Source of the DNA: a virus
Direction: 5' to 3' (one strand)
IMG/VR virus record: IMGVR_UViG_3300015371_000008
Location: 25,221-89,220 of that record
DNA length: 64,000 nt
Positions within the stretch are counted from its first letter, which is position 1. Every line of letters begins with the position of its first letter. Made by a program: the position numbers and the translations under genes. Of this stretch, positions 8,894 to 17,932 are shown in pieces. The notes under the pieces are model-generated. The model ran no database searches and was not told where the DNA came from. It saw only the letters and a list, made by a program, of their open reading frames with translations.

Positions 8894-9763
8894 TTAGTTA
8901 TCAGACGGTGCGAGGTCGTCAAGGATTCTGCGCGCCACCTGGTAGGCGAAGTAGCCGGGGCACTCCTCCGGCGTGACGTACAGGTCGCCGCAGGCGGTGC
9001 ACTCCCACACTCCGGAGTTGTCGGGTCGGTAGGGCGCCTCGTGCACGTCGTGGCCCTGCTTGGCCAGCCTGCCGAGCAGGCAGCCCAGCGACCACGACTT
9101 GTCGGCCAGGTCGGGGATGCGCACCTTGCCGCTTGACAGGAGCGAGCCCGCCCGGCCGAGAGCTTCATGAGTCTCGGCCGCCTCCGCTTCTGCCACGTCC
9201 AGCCGGTTGCGCAGCATCTCCCGCAGCGGGGCGATTACAGCGCACAGTTCGTCGGCGGCGGCCCGCCAATCGTCGCGGGCGTCCAGCGGCACCGCGTTGA
9301 TGGTCCAGTGGTTGACCAGGTAGCGGCGCTGCTCCGCCGTCTTGCACATCGCCATCTCCTCCCACGGGTTGGTGCGGAGCGGCCCCGCCGTGGTGGACAG
9401 TTCCACCGCCCGGTCCCGGATGTCGGTCAACCGGGCCTTCTCGGCGTCGTAGGCGGCCTGCGCCTCCGCCCGCTCCTCCTCGTCCATCCAGTCGGCGGGC
9501 GGCAGCATCCCGATCGGCTTGATCGCCTTCTCCGGGTCTTCGCGCCGCCGGTGGTAGATCTCCTTGCCCCAGAGGGCGTCCACCAGGGCTCCGTCGATCC
9601 ATTCGTAGTCACTGCCGGTTACCAGCAAATGCTCCAGGGCGGCCGTCCGGTTGGAGTATCCGGCGGGCCAGAAGCGGATCAGCCGTTCCACGGTGCAGTC
9701 CACCGAGTCGCACGGGTAGTCCGGCAGCCGGGTTTCCCGGCCACACCGTTCACACGTCGTCAT
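8894..9763 (-). CDS. Hypothetical protein with terminal CxxC motifs
   Basis: 289-aa ORF; CERC at N-terminus and CTAC near C-terminus. Confidence 0.65.
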   Translation of the reverse strand: MTTCERCGRETRLPDYPCDSVDCTVERLIRFWPAGYSNRTAALEHLLVTGSDYEWIDGALVDALWGKEIYHRRREDPEKAIKPIGMLPPADWMDEEERAEAQAAYDAEKARLTDIRDRAVELSTTAGPLRTNPWEEMAMCKTAEQRRYLVNHWTINAVPLDARDDWRAAADELCAVIAPLREMLRNRLDVAEAEAAETHEALGRAGSLLSSGKVRIPDLADKSWSLGCLLGRLAKQGHDVHEAPYRPDNSGVWECTACGDLYVTPEECPGYFAYQVARRILDDLAPSDN

Positions 9764-10034
9764 CGTCGTACTCCTGCCAGGACTTCTTGGGGGTGCCCGT
9801 CAGACGGCGCACGATGGCGGCGCCGGGGCCGGATGCGGTGGCCAGGTTGTCCTGGTGGCGGTGCCGCCACCACCAGCGGGCCGTGTGGATGACGTACGCG
9901 GGCCACAAGATCCACCACAGCCACAGGGTGGCCAGATGCTCGAACGCCTCGTCAGTGCCGTCCAGCCGCAGAATGACGGCGCCGAGGCCGGTCAGGGCGA
10001 TGCCCGCGCCGACGCCGCACAGGAAGCCGGTCAT
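9750..10034 (-). CDS. Small membrane protein
   Basis: Two hydrophobic segments; AAGGAGG RBS; ATGA coupling. Confidence 0.6.
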   Translation of the reverse strand: MTGFLCGVGAGIALTGLGAVILRLDGTDEAFEHLATLWLWWILWPAYVIHTARWWWRHRHQDNLATASGPGAAIVRRLTGTPKKSWQEYDDDDV

Positions 10035-10639
10035 CGTCCGTCCTCCTTGGTCATGCCGAGTGCGATGAACATGAAGGCGGTGACGAATCGGTCCTTTGCT
10101 CTCAACCTGGGCGACCTGGGCGAGCTGGGCACCTGACCCTTCTGGACCATTGCATGCGCGTCCAGCGCCCACTGCGGGAAGACGACGGGGCCCAGGCCGT
10201 GTTCGGCCCGAATCTCGTTGATCAGGTAGGTCGCCTGGACGTCCGTCCAGTCTCCTTCGAGTGCGAGCAGGAGACGCTTGCGGACAGCCATGCGGGCCTT
10301 CATGTCGGGCCGGGCCGCAGCCACCTGCGGATCGGGGATCGCATCGGCGTCGGGCATGGGCACGTCGTAGCGGAAGATGAGCCCGTTCATGAGGACGGCC
10401 AGGTGGTGCCCGAACGGGCCCGGTTCGAACGCGAACATCTTGGCGTAGTGCCATTCGTCGATAACGTCCTCGACGGCATGGCGCCCGGTCGCGATCTCGC
10501 CTCTGGCCGTGAAGCACATGCCATGGATGGTGCTGTCTCCGGCGACGGTGGCGGCGTTGCGCAGCGCGTCGGCGGCCTGCTCCCGTGTGATGCGGATGCT
10601 GATCATTTCACTCCTCAATGGGACTGGCGGTTCGGTCAC
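10031..10639 (-). CDS. Hypothetical protein, apparent fusion of paralogs of the two upstream genes
   Basis: Shares SIRITREQAA..PGPFG..DVPMPD with 10636-11049 and NEIRA.HGL.PV..ALGM with 11034-11372. Confidence 0.65.
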   Translation of the reverse strand: MTEPPVPLRSEMISIRITREQAADALRNAATVAGDSTIHGMCFTARGEIATGRHAVEDVIDEWHYAKMFAFEPGPFGHHLAVLMNGLIFRYDVPMPDADAIPDPQVAAARPDMKARMAVRKRLLLALEGDWTDVQATYLINEIRAEHGLGPVVFPQWALDAHAMVQKGQVPSSPRSPRLRAKDRFVTAFMFIALGMTKEDGR

Positions 10640-11049
10640 GGCCCCTCCAGTTCTTCGCGCTGGTTGACGTAGTGCACGAGGGCCTGGTAGGCGTCCTCGG
10701 CACGGGAGGAGACGCCGCCGTTTTCGTTCTCCAGCAGTTCGAAGATGAGGTCGGCGTACTCGGCCAGGAACGCCTCAGCGGGCGTCTGGTCGGGCATGGG
10801 CACGTCGAAGTGGAAGACGGTGAGTCCGAGCAGCATGGACAGGTCGTAGCCGAACGGTCCCGGCTGGTAAGCGAGGAGGGTGGCGTGTTCGAGCTGGACC
10901 ATCAGCACGTGGATGGCCGTCTCCTCCGAGACGAGCGCGCCGCTGGAACTGTGCCACAACACTTTGACCGTGCCGTCCTTGGCGGCGGCGCGCAGTGCGG
11001 CGGCGGCCTGCTCGCGGGTGATGCGGATGCTGGTCATGTATTTCTCCAT
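10636..11049 (-). CDS. Hypothetical protein
   Basis: Coupled ORF; paralog of the N-half of 10031-10639. Confidence 0.65.
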   Translation of the reverse strand: MEKYMTSIRITREQAAAALRAAAKDGTVKVLWHSSSGALVSEETAIHVLMVQLEHATLLAYQPGPFGYDLSMLLGLTVFHFDVPMPDQTPAEAFLAEYADLIFELLENENGGVSSRAEDAYQALVHYVNQREELEGP

Positions 11050-11372
11050 TCCGGCATTCCCAGGGCCAGGAAGGCGCTGCGCAGGGCGTATTTGGCGGCG
11101 TAGTCGGAGTGGCCGCTTGCCGACGCTTCGATTTCGCGGATGAGGTCGATGCCGACCGGTTCCAGGCCGTGTCCGGCACGGATCTCGTTGACCAAGGCGT
11201 GCATCTGTTCCGCTTCCCAGGCGACCCAGGCGAGTTCCTGTCCGCCGTCGGGGGCGGCCACCAGGTCTTCCCGCTCGTGCCGCTGTTGGGTGATGCGGAG
11301 GAGTAGCTGCCAGAAGCGGTCGCGTGTCTGCATGCGTTCACGGATGGGGACGGTAGGCCCCGGGTTCGTCAT
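11034..11372 (-). CDS. Hypothetical protein
   Basis: AGGAGG RBS before MTNPGPT. Confidence 0.65.
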   Translation of the reverse strand: MTNPGPTVPIRERMQTRDRFWQLLLRITQQRHEREDLVAAPDGGQELAWVAWEAEQMHALVNEIRAGHGLEPVGIDLIREIEASASGHSDYAAKYALRSAFLALGMPEWRNT

Positions 11373-11443
11373 GCTGGACCTCCTGTAAGTCGGGCGGCCA
11401 CCCTCGGGGGATCCGGGGTGGCCGCTGAATTCGACGGGTCGAT

Positions 11444-11614
11444 CTACTTGTAGAAGCTGTCCGGGTCGTTGTAGATCTTCTTGAAGTCGGCGCTCGCCTT
11501 GTCGTGCTCCGGGCTGCCGAGCGGGGTTGATGTCAGCCGGTCCACGACCTTCTTGGTCTTGGATACGAGCGACTTCTTCAGTTCGCCGGGCTTCGGCTGG
11601 TCGGACTTCGCCAT
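11444..11614 (-). CDS. Small hypothetical protein
   Basis: AAGGAG RBS before MAKSDQPK. Confidence 0.6.
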   Translation of the reverse strand: MAKSDQPKPGELKKSLVSKTKKVVDRLTSTPLGSPEHDKASADFKKIYNDPDSFYK

Positions 11615-11690
11615 GTTGATCTCCTTGTGCTGATGATGTTGCACGTGATGTTGCACGCCCCGGAGGGGCCAACAACATCGCTTCCTCCTG

Positions 11691-11745
11691 GTTGGGTCGC
11701 TCCCCAACACCACTCAATGTACAGGCGTTTAGCGTCTGCGGCTAG
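11691..11745 (-). promoter_or_regulatory. Variant box promoter plus leader hairpin
   Basis: CGCTAAACGCCTG-TACATT; GTTGGG-GAGCGA-CCCAAC. Confidence 0.65.
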
Positions 11746-12089
11746 TGGTTGCCCTCAGTCTTTGCGGACACCCGCGCGTAGGTCTCCCCGCCAAACTCCT
11801 CCCGCAGTGCGGTAAGCGTCCGGTCGGCGTCTTTTACCCAGCGGTCGGCGTTGCGGGCGGCGTCCCGGCGTTCACGGCGAACCGCGTCGCCGTCCCATTG
11901 CGCGTTGATGAGGGCGTTCAGGGTTACGCACAGGGCGTCCGCGACCGCCTTGCCGTGCCTGAGGTCGGACAGGGGGTCTGAGATGTCGTTCTCCAGGATG
12001 CTGCTCAGCCACGGGGCCAGGTCGTGCAGCTCTTCGCCGGTCAGGCGGAAGGTCACGCCGGACAGTTTGTAGTCGGGAATGACGTCCAT
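11742..12089 (-). CDS. Hypothetical protein
   Basis: AAGGAG RBS before MDVIPDY. Confidence 0.6.
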   Translation of the reverse strand: MDVIPDYKLSGVTFRLTGEELHDLAPWLSSILENDISDPLSDLRHGKAVADALCVTLNALINAQWDGDAVRRERRDAARNADRWVKDADRTLTALREEFGGETYARVSAKTEGNH

Positions 12090-12091
12090 GA

Positions 12092-12358
12092 TCAGATGAA
12101 CTCCTTTCGGGGATCGTTTTCCACCCAGTCCTCCAGATCCAGTAGCACCTGGTTGGCCAGCTCGCGGCGGTCGTATGTGCTGCCGTCGAACTCGACGGTG
12201 GCGGCGGTGTCGCGCCACCGCTCCATCTCGTCGGCCAGCATTTCCAGGAGGTACAAGCCGTACTCGCCGAGCAGGATGTCAGCGTTGATCGCACGCTGTA
12301 GGCCCGCTTCGAAGTACTTCTGCTGCCGCTCCTGCTTGCTCAGCTCCGGGCTACTCAT
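12092..12358 (-). CDS. Hypothetical protein
   Basis: Coupled ORF. Confidence 0.6.
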   Translation of the reverse strand: MSSPELSKQERQQKYFEAGLQRAINADILLGEYGLYLLEMLADEMERWRDTAATVEFDGSTYDRRELANQVLLDLEDWVENDPRKEFI

Positions 12359-12563
12359 CCTCGGCTACCCCCCAGGAACGCTCGGACATTCCGTCACTGA
12401 AGATCCAGGCGGCCATCAGCCGGTCGGCGATCTCGTTCTGCTCAGCGAGGGACAACGCGCCCCATGCCTGCGGGGTTAGGCAGGTGTCCGCCTCGTGGTC
12501 GAAGTTGAAGGGCATGCCGCTCAGCGTGAACGACATGGACAGCCGGACGGTTGGGGTGTTCAT
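12351..12563 (-). CDS. Hypothetical protein
   Basis: AAGGAG RBS before MNTPTVRL. Confidence 0.55.
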   Translation of the reverse strand: MNTPTVRLSMSFTLSGMPFNFDHEADTCLTPQAWGALSLAEQNEIADRLMAAWIFSDGMSERSWGVAEDE

Positions 12564-12573
12564 GTCGATCTCC

Positions 12574-12741
12574 TTAGGACTTGCCCAGCTTCTTGTCGGC
12601 CCTGGCCTTGACATTCCGGGCCGTCCTGGTCGCCGACTGAAGGTCGGCGTTGTCGCTCTTGCCGTGCTTGGTGATGAGGTCGTCGCAGGCGGCGGACAGC
12701 TTCTCCAGGTCCACACGCTGCTGGTCTGTGATCTTCTTCAT
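12574..12741 (-). CDS. Small hypothetical protein (55 aa)
   Basis: MKKITDQQRVDLEKL...; downstream of the GAGCGAC hairpin at 12772-12794; not in the ORF track. Confidence 0.55.
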   Translation of the reverse strand: MKKITDQQRVDLEKLSAACDDLITKHGKSDNADLQSATRTARNVKARADKKLGKS

Positions 12742-12806
12742 GGTGGATGCTCGCTTTCTCGGGTTCTCCTGGCGTCGGGTCGCTCAACCGACGCGTTCCT
12801 ACGGGT

Positions 12807-13040
12807 TTATGCCGCCCTGGCTTCGCCCTGGGCGACCGTCGTGCCCTCCACGGGCTGTGAGTGGTCGCTGACGGCCCAGTTGTGCCAGCGGTGCGGAAGA
12901 GTCTCAACGACGCTCCAGGCGGCACCCTGGAGCCGGGCAGCTTCGCTGCGGGCGTGCTGTTCGGCGTCGGCCTTCGTGGTGAAGCCGCCGCGCGTTTTGG
13001 CCAGGGTGCCGTCGGCGTAGAAGGCGTGCGCGATGAACAT
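12807..13040 (-). CDS. Hypothetical protein
   Basis: MFIAHAFYADG...GGFTTKADAEQHA; coupled start. Confidence 0.55.
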   Translation of the reverse strand: MFIAHAFYADGTLAKTRGGFTTKADAEQHARSEAARLQGAAWSVVETLPHRWHNWAVSDHSQPVEGTTVAQGEARAA

Positions 13041-13645
13041 CACCGCTCCGCCCGGTAGTAGCCGTCGGCAGTGGGCCGCATCCGTGACAGCTTGACCCGG
13101 ATGGACCGACCGATGTGACTGACCGCCCACGGGTAGGGCTGCTCGCAGCGGTGACGCAGCGCGTCGGTGTTGCAGTCGAGCATTCGGCGCGTCTCGTCCG
13201 TGTCAGTCAGCACCACGCCGTAGGCGTAGCCGTCGGTGATGGCGGTGATGCGGAAGGTCCGGCCGCGCGTCAGAACGCCGTAGTTGGCCCACACATCGCC
13301 CACAACCACCGGGGCGCCCACGATTCGGCCGCGCGGGTCACGCTTCGGCGTCGGCGGCAGCGACCGCTGCCATTGCTCGACCGCCGCAGCCAGATCGGCG
13401 GCCTCGTCGCCGGTCGGCATGGACAGGTGACGCAGCAGTTCATACAGGTCGTCGTAGGTCTCGTTGACGCCGGGGCCAGCCACGATGGCGCGGCTGAACC
13501 CGGCGCTGGTGTAGAACACCTCGATGGTGAGGCCGTCGATGGTGGCGGCCAGGTAGTCGTCGCCGTCCGGGCTGGGCAGCAGCACCGTGGCGGCGCCGTG
13601 CGCCTCCAGGTGCGCGCCCAGCTCGGCGGAGGTCATCGTCGTCAT
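13040..13645 (-). CDS. Hypothetical protein
   Basis: ORF from MTTMTSAELG. Confidence 0.55.
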   Translation of the reverse strand: MTTMTSAELGAHLEAHGAATVLLPSPDGDDYLAATIDGLTIEVFYTSAGFSRAIVAGPGVNETYDDLYELLRHLSMPTGDEAADLAAAVEQWQRSLPPTPKRDPRGRIVGAPVVVGDVWANYGVLTRGRTFRITAITDGYAYGVVLTDTDETRRMLDCNTDALRHRCEQPYPWAVSHIGRSIRVKLSRMRPTADGYYRAER

Positions 13646-13653
13646 GGCCGGGC

Positions 13654-13974
13654 TCAGTTCCGGTGTCCGCCGCGCCGGTGACCGGTCCGCAGGGCGTTGG
13701 CCAGCTCCTTCAGCGTGGTCGCGCTGCCCAGTTCGCATTCGGTGGCCACGCAGCCGTCGCGCATGAACCGGCCGTCGATCTCGTCGAATGCGGCGGTGAC
13801 CATGCGGTCGCAGCGCTCTCCGAGGTAGGCGTGGACGTACTTGACGCCGTCCTCGTATTCGATCTCCGTTCGGGCGCCCTGCTTGGCGCACCAGTCGGCG
13901 AACATGCGCGGGATGGCGGAGTAGTCGTCGGGCAACGTCCGATCGATGATCGGGTGGGGCGGGTTGGTCAGCAT
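13654..13974 (-). CDS. Hypothetical protein
   Basis: AGGAGG RBS after a promoter cassette. Confidence 0.65.
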   Translation of the reverse strand: MLTNPPHPIIDRTLPDDYSAIPRMFADWCAKQGARTEIEYEDGVKYVHAYLGERCDRMVTAAFDEIDGRFMRDGCVATECELGSATTLKELANALRTGHRRGGHRN

Positions 13975-13987
13975 GGGTTCCTCCTGT

Positions 13988-14047
13988 GGGTGTCGGGTCG
14001 CTCTCCAACACCCTTCCAACGTACACCCATTTAGCATCTACGTCCAG
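13988..14047 (-). promoter_or_regulatory. CTAAATG-box promoter plus leader hairpin
   Basis: TGGACG-17-TACGTT; GGGTGTTGG-AGAGCGAC-CCGACACCC. Confidence 0.75.
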
Positions 14048-14071
14048 CGTGGGCGGACAGCCATTTAGCCC

Positions 14072-14659
14072 CTACTCGTCGCCGTCAAACCCCTGCTCCA
14101 CCACATCACCCTCCACGACACCGGAGGCGCCCCCGTCGATCGCTGCCAGCTCAGCGTGCAACCGCTGCGCCAACTCCCCGATAGACGCTGAATGCTCCAC
14201 CTGGATCGCGCCACCGCCCGGCCCGGACACCTCCGTAGGCTGCCGCCCCCAGCCGCGATCCCAGAACCGGCGAGCCAGGATCTCCAGACCGACCCGGCCA
14301 TCCGCCGGGGCCGTCTGCTCCTCCTCCTCCACCGTCCCGTCAGGCTTCCGCCGTGTGACGCGCTTAACGACGTAACCGCCCATTGCTGCTTTCATCACCG
14401 ATCCGGCGACAACCCGCACTTCAAGCTCATCACGCGCCCGATAAAGATCCTGAAGGAACTGAACCTTCCAACTTGGGGCGTTGGGTTCTTCGGCTTCGTT
14501 GATCCAGTTGTAGAGGGTGCGTTCGCTGATGCCTGCGGCTCCGGCGGCGGCGTTGAAGGTGGCGCCTGCTCGGACGGCGTTGACGATGCGGTCGTGGATT
14601 TCGGGGGTGAGTTTGGAGCGTCGGCCGCCTGTGCGGCGTCGTGTGGGTGCGGTGTCCAT
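14072..14659 (-). CDS. Terminase small subunit-like HTH protein
   Basis: GRRSKLTPE..RIVNAVRAG..AAAGAAGISERTLYNW N-terminus and EVSGPGGGAIQVEH C-terminal motif typical of TerS. Confidence 0.75.
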   Translation of the reverse strand: MDTAPTRRRTGGRRSKLTPEIHDRIVNAVRAGATFNAAAGAAGISERTLYNWINEAEEPNAPSWKVQFLQDLYRARDELEVRVVAGSVMKAAMGGYVVKRVTRRKPDGTVEEEEQTAPADGRVGLEILARRFWDRGWGRQPTEVSGPGGGAIQVEHSASIGELAQRLHAELAAIDGGASGVVEGDVVEQGFDGDE

Positions 14660-14767
14660 AGTGGGGTCTACGGTGACCGGGGGCTGGTGTTTGTGTCGCG
14701 TGGTGGCGTACAGGAACGCCCCCGGGTCCTGTGTGGGGCGCCGGGGGCGTTGCTGGTGTGGGGGGGG

Positions 14768-15196
14768 TCAGGCGTCGTCGTCCTCGTTGTGCTGTTCGAG
14801 GAAGGTGGTGTAGGCGCACGCCTCCTTCCAGCGTTCGGCGGCTTCGATGTCGCCGACCATGCATTTCAGCAGTAGGTAGAGGTCGGGGAAGGCGTCTTCA
14901 CCGGATGCGTCGTCGCTGGGGTCCAGGAGGGCGAAGGTGATCTCCCCGATGGAGGTGGGGATGGTGTCGGGGTTGATGTGCTCCTGGCTTGGGTCGTGCG
15001 GGCTCATCTCCCATGTGGTGCCGGTCGGCATGGCGGTGCTCTGGCGTGACCAGTTCAAGTAGGTGATCCACCGTTCGGCTTGGTGGCGGAACGGAATGGG
15101 GCCGTAGCGCAGGGTGTCACGGCCGGGCCTGGTGATGACGACATCCGTCATAGGGTCGCCGGTGTGTGGGTTGATAGCGCGCGGGTCGTGGCTCAT
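14768..15196 (-). CDS. Hypothetical protein
   Basis: AAGGAG RBS, ATGA coupling. Confidence 0.6.
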   Translation of the reverse strand: MSHDPRAINPHTGDPMTDVVITRPGRDTLRYGPIPFRHQAERWITYLNWSRQSTAMPTGTTWEMSPHDPSQEHINPDTIPTSIGEITFALLDPSDDASGEDAFPDLYLLLKCMVGDIEAAERWKEACAYTTFLEQHNEDDDA

Positions 15197-15336
15197 GACT
15201 GCTCCTTGATGGCGGCGCGGCGGCGGTCGCTGCGGGTGCGCAGGCGTTTGGTTCCGCGTGCGTGGCGTCCTGCTGCGTTGCTGGTGCGGAGTCCGGCCAG
15301 GCGGGCGCCGGTTGCGGTGGGGGCGGTGCGCTTCAT
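15193..15336 (-). CDS. Small basic protein (47 aa)
   Basis: MKRTAPTATGARLAGLRTSNAAGRH...; AAGGAAG RBS. Confidence 0.5.
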   Translation of the reverse strand: MKRTAPTATGARLAGLRTSNAAGRHARGTKRLRTRSDRRRAAIKEQS

Positions 15337-15394
15337 GGCCGGTCTTCCTTTCGTGGGGCCGCCCATCCGGAGCGGATGGGCGGCGGTGGTGCGG

Positions 15395-16009
15395 TCAGGC
15401 GAGAGAGAGTCCGTCTTCGGTGGACACTCCGCCGTAGAAGCGTCTGTCGAAGTAGTCGATCTGCGGCTCGCTGCCGTCGTGGTTGTAGGCGTTGGAGACG
15501 GCCTTCAGTTCTTTGGCCAGGGCGCGGAGGGCGTCAGTGGGCATGGCGCGCTCGTGGCCCCAGTCGTCGGTGACGGTGGTGAATCCCCACAGGTCGGGGA
15601 TGTTCTTGACCGTGATTTCGATGCTTCCGCCGCCGCTGTAGTAGGAGGTGCGGACACTGAAGGTGATCTGGTCGGGGGCGTCGCCGATGGGGTCGATGAC
15701 GGCGATGTCGCCGGGGACGGCCGGGGTTGTCTTGGCCAGTTTGCGGGCCAGGGCGAGGTCGGCGCGGATCATTTTGGCGATCTCGGTGAGGGTCTTGCCG
15801 GTGGTGAGGTGGTACTTGTCGCCGTACCAGCGGTTGTAGAGGTTCCAGCCGCTTTCGCCGCCGTCGGTCTTGGCCTGGCCGTTGAGGAGGCGGGCGAGGG
15901 CGCGGGCGGCGTTGCTGCGTTCGCCGTCGCCGGTGGTCTTGCGCTCGATGATGGCGCGCAGGGTGGCGATGCGGCGTTCGCGGCGGTCGGCCTTGGTGGT
16001 GGTGCTCAT
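15395..16009 (-). CDS. DUF2786-like N-terminus plus LPD29-like (polyvalent protein) domain
   Basis: ERRIATLRAIIE..GERSNAARAL helical hairpin; EIAKMIRADL..FSVRTSYYSGGGSIEITV resembles LPD29. Confidence 0.6.
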   Translation of the reverse strand: MSTTTKADRRERRIATLRAIIERKTTGDGERSNAARALARLLNGQAKTDGGESGWNLYNRWYGDKYHLTTGKTLTEIAKMIRADLALARKLAKTTPAVPGDIAVIDPIGDAPDQITFSVRTSYYSGGGSIEITVKNIPDLWGFTTVTDDWGHERAMPTDALRALAKELKAVSNAYNHDGSEPQIDYFDRRFYGGVSTEDGLSLA

Positions 16010-16024
16010 GTTCTGCTCCTGTAC

Positions 16025-16077
16025 GTTGGTCGCTCTCCAACACCACCAACGTACAGTCATTTAGCGTCTCAGGTCAA
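16025..16077 (-). promoter_or_regulatory. CTAAATG-box promoter plus leader hairpin
   Basis: TTGACC-18-TACGTT; GTTGG-AGAGCGA-CCAAC. Confidence 0.8.
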
Positions 16078-16790
16078 GGGGTTGGGGGGCGCAGCATCTT
16101 CGCGAACTCTGTCACCTGCTCATCCATCAGCGTGATCGTCAACAGCCGCCGATCGTTGATGTGCCGCATGCGCACGGACACGACGAAGTCCAACGGTGCG
16201 TTCATCGCGGTGAAGAAGTCGGTGATGGTGTCGTAGTCGGCGCCGAACTTCTCCCGCACCTCCGCCTCTTCTGCCTCCCGGGCCTTCCTCGCTTCCGCGA
16301 TCTCCGCCTTCGTCTTCGCGTCCTGCTCTGCCACGAGCGCCTGGTAGGCATCCGGCAGGATGACCCACAGTGCGCGGGCGTTCGGCTGGTGATACACAGC
16401 GCCGTACTTGCTCACCAGGAAGCCGAAGGTGTCCACAGTGAACCGCAGCGTCTGGTCGGACTCCCACTGGAAGTCGTAGCGGTCGGCGTCCGGTGCGTCC
16501 GGCGGCAGCGGCACCATCTGGTCCGTCAGGCTGCCGTCGATCTCGCTGCGCCAGATCATCACCTGCCCCGCTTTGCAGGCCGCCCTCAGCCACTCCAACG
16601 CCTTGTCCTGGTGGGTGTGCAGCGCGGACGCCAGGTAGCGGACGACATACTCCTGCCGGACGAACTCCGCTTCGCTGCCGTCGTCTGCTCTGATGCGGTG
16701 CGCGGGCCAGCCGTGCATGCCGTTCTTCGACGGCATCTCCCGCAGTGCGGCGGCCACCTCTTCGGGGGTCGCAGGGACACGCTTAGCCAT
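16074..16790 (-). CDS. Hypothetical protein
   Basis: AGGAGAAG RBS; stop codon lies within the downstream -35 box. Confidence 0.65.
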   Translation of the reverse strand: MAKRVPATPEEVAAALREMPSKNGMHGWPAHRIRADDGSEAEFVRQEYVVRYLASALHTHQDKALEWLRAACKAGQVMIWRSEIDGSLTDQMVPLPPDAPDADRYDFQWESDQTLRFTVDTFGFLVSKYGAVYHQPNARALWVILPDAYQALVAEQDAKTKAEIAEARKAREAEEAEVREKFGADYDTITDFFTAMNAPLDFVVSVRMRHINDRRLLTITLMDEQVTEFAKMLRPPTP

Positions 16791-17076
16791 GGTCTTCTCC
16801 TGTCGCGCATTCGGGTGCGGTGGTGTGGAGTTCGCCGCAGGGGCACATGTGCAGGCCAGCCGCAGCCGCTTCTGTCGCCATCCGGTCCATCACGGCGGGA
16901 TAGTGGCCCATGCGGTTTTGCGTCTTCAGTTCGAGCTTCAGCAGTCTGCACGTGTTGTCGTGGTTGAATCCGAACTCCTCGCGGATCACCTGCCATTTGC
17001 CGAGCATTGGCCGGTCCGCGTCGTAGGCGGCCACCAGTTCCTCCAGAACCCTGGCGAGGTCTTCTCCGGCGCTCAT
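16783..17076 (-). CDS. Hypothetical protein
   Basis: AAGGAGG RBS, ATGA coupling. Confidence 0.6.
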   Translation of the reverse strand: MSAGEDLARVLEELVAAYDADRPMLGKWQVIREEFGFNHDNTCRLLKLELKTQNRMGHYPAVMDRMATEAAAAGLHMCPCGELHTTAPECATGEDHG

Positions 17077-17543
17077 CCCAGAACCTCCTTCAGGGCTTCG
17101 ACTGCGGGAACCAAGGTGATGGTCCCATCGGGGTTGTGCGCGGCCACCATCCGGTCGGGCCGGTCCGGGAACGTGTGGATGTCGCCCCACCGGGAGGCGG
17201 GGATGCGACCGGGCAGGACATACCAGTGGACGGCCGCCTCCATGCCGCCGCCGTGGTGGATCAGGCTGTCACGGACATCGCGGCGCATCTTCGACAGGGC
17301 GGGCGGCCAGTCGAGCCAGCGGATCGCGGGCACGTTCACGGTGATCCGTACTTGCTTCTTGTCGTACAGCGACCCTTCCATGCCGTGGGAGACGTCGCCC
17401 AGGTCGGGCAGGTCTGTCAGCCACACCACCTGCGGTCCGGCGTTCGGGACGGTGCGGGAGAAGTTCGACTCGGTCGGCCGGATCACCCCGTCTGCCTGGA
17501 TCTTCGGCAGGTGGTACAGGCTGGTGAAGTGGTAGAGGGTCAC
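17073..17543 (-). CDS. Putative ADP-ribosyltransferase-fold protein
   Basis: LYHFTS..HL..I...G.I.P followed by VVWLT, the H-T/S strand 1 and aromatic strand 2 pattern of DarT/Tpt1-like ARTs. Confidence 0.55.
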   Translation of the reverse strand: MTLYHFTSLYHLPKIQADGVIRPTESNFSRTVPNAGPQVVWLTDLPDLGDVSHGMEGSLYDKKQVRITVNVPAIRWLDWPPALSKMRRDVRDSLIHHGGGMEAAVHWYVLPGRIPASRWGDIHTFPDRPDRMVAAHNPDGTITLVPAVEALKEVLG

Positions 17544-17932
17544 GACGCACCATCCTTCCCGCCCGAACCGGGCAGCAGGACGCCCAGGGGGGCCCTACGG
17601 CGCTCCGCACGGGTGCGGGCGGCCCCGACAGCACGGGCGGCGTCAGCGCGGCGCAGCGACTCGTACCGGTCCGGGCGAGCCACCCCGGCGTTGTCCACCC
17701 TGCGAGACAGGATGTGCAGGTAGGCGACCTCCGATTCGATCGTGACGGCTACCCGCCACGACAATTCGGCCCGGCCCGCCGGATCCGGCGCCGTCGCAGG
17801 GTCGGGGCGGGGGGAGGCGAACTCCCACGCGATGCACTCCTCCAGCCACGCGGCGTGCGCGGGCCGGTCGGCGGTCGCTTCGCGAAGCGCGGCAAGCCGC
17901 TCCTGGACGATCTCTTGATTTCTGTCGTTCAA
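17540..17932 (-). CDS. Hypothetical protein
   Basis: TTG start with TTGA overlap. Confidence 0.45.
   Translation of the reverse strand: MNDRNQEIVQERLAALREATADRPAHAAWLEECIAWEFASPRPDPATAPDPAGRAELSWRVAVTIESEVAYLHILSRRVDNAGVARPDRYESLRRADAARAVGAARTRAERRRAPLGVLLPGSGGKDGAS

Noticed and set aside
15395-16060. ORF-track starts such as MTVR.., MLNGCT.., MTVS.. upstream of many genes
   Set aside because: These starts come from the CTAAATG promoter box or its flanks; the true starts follow the AGGAG RBS downstream.
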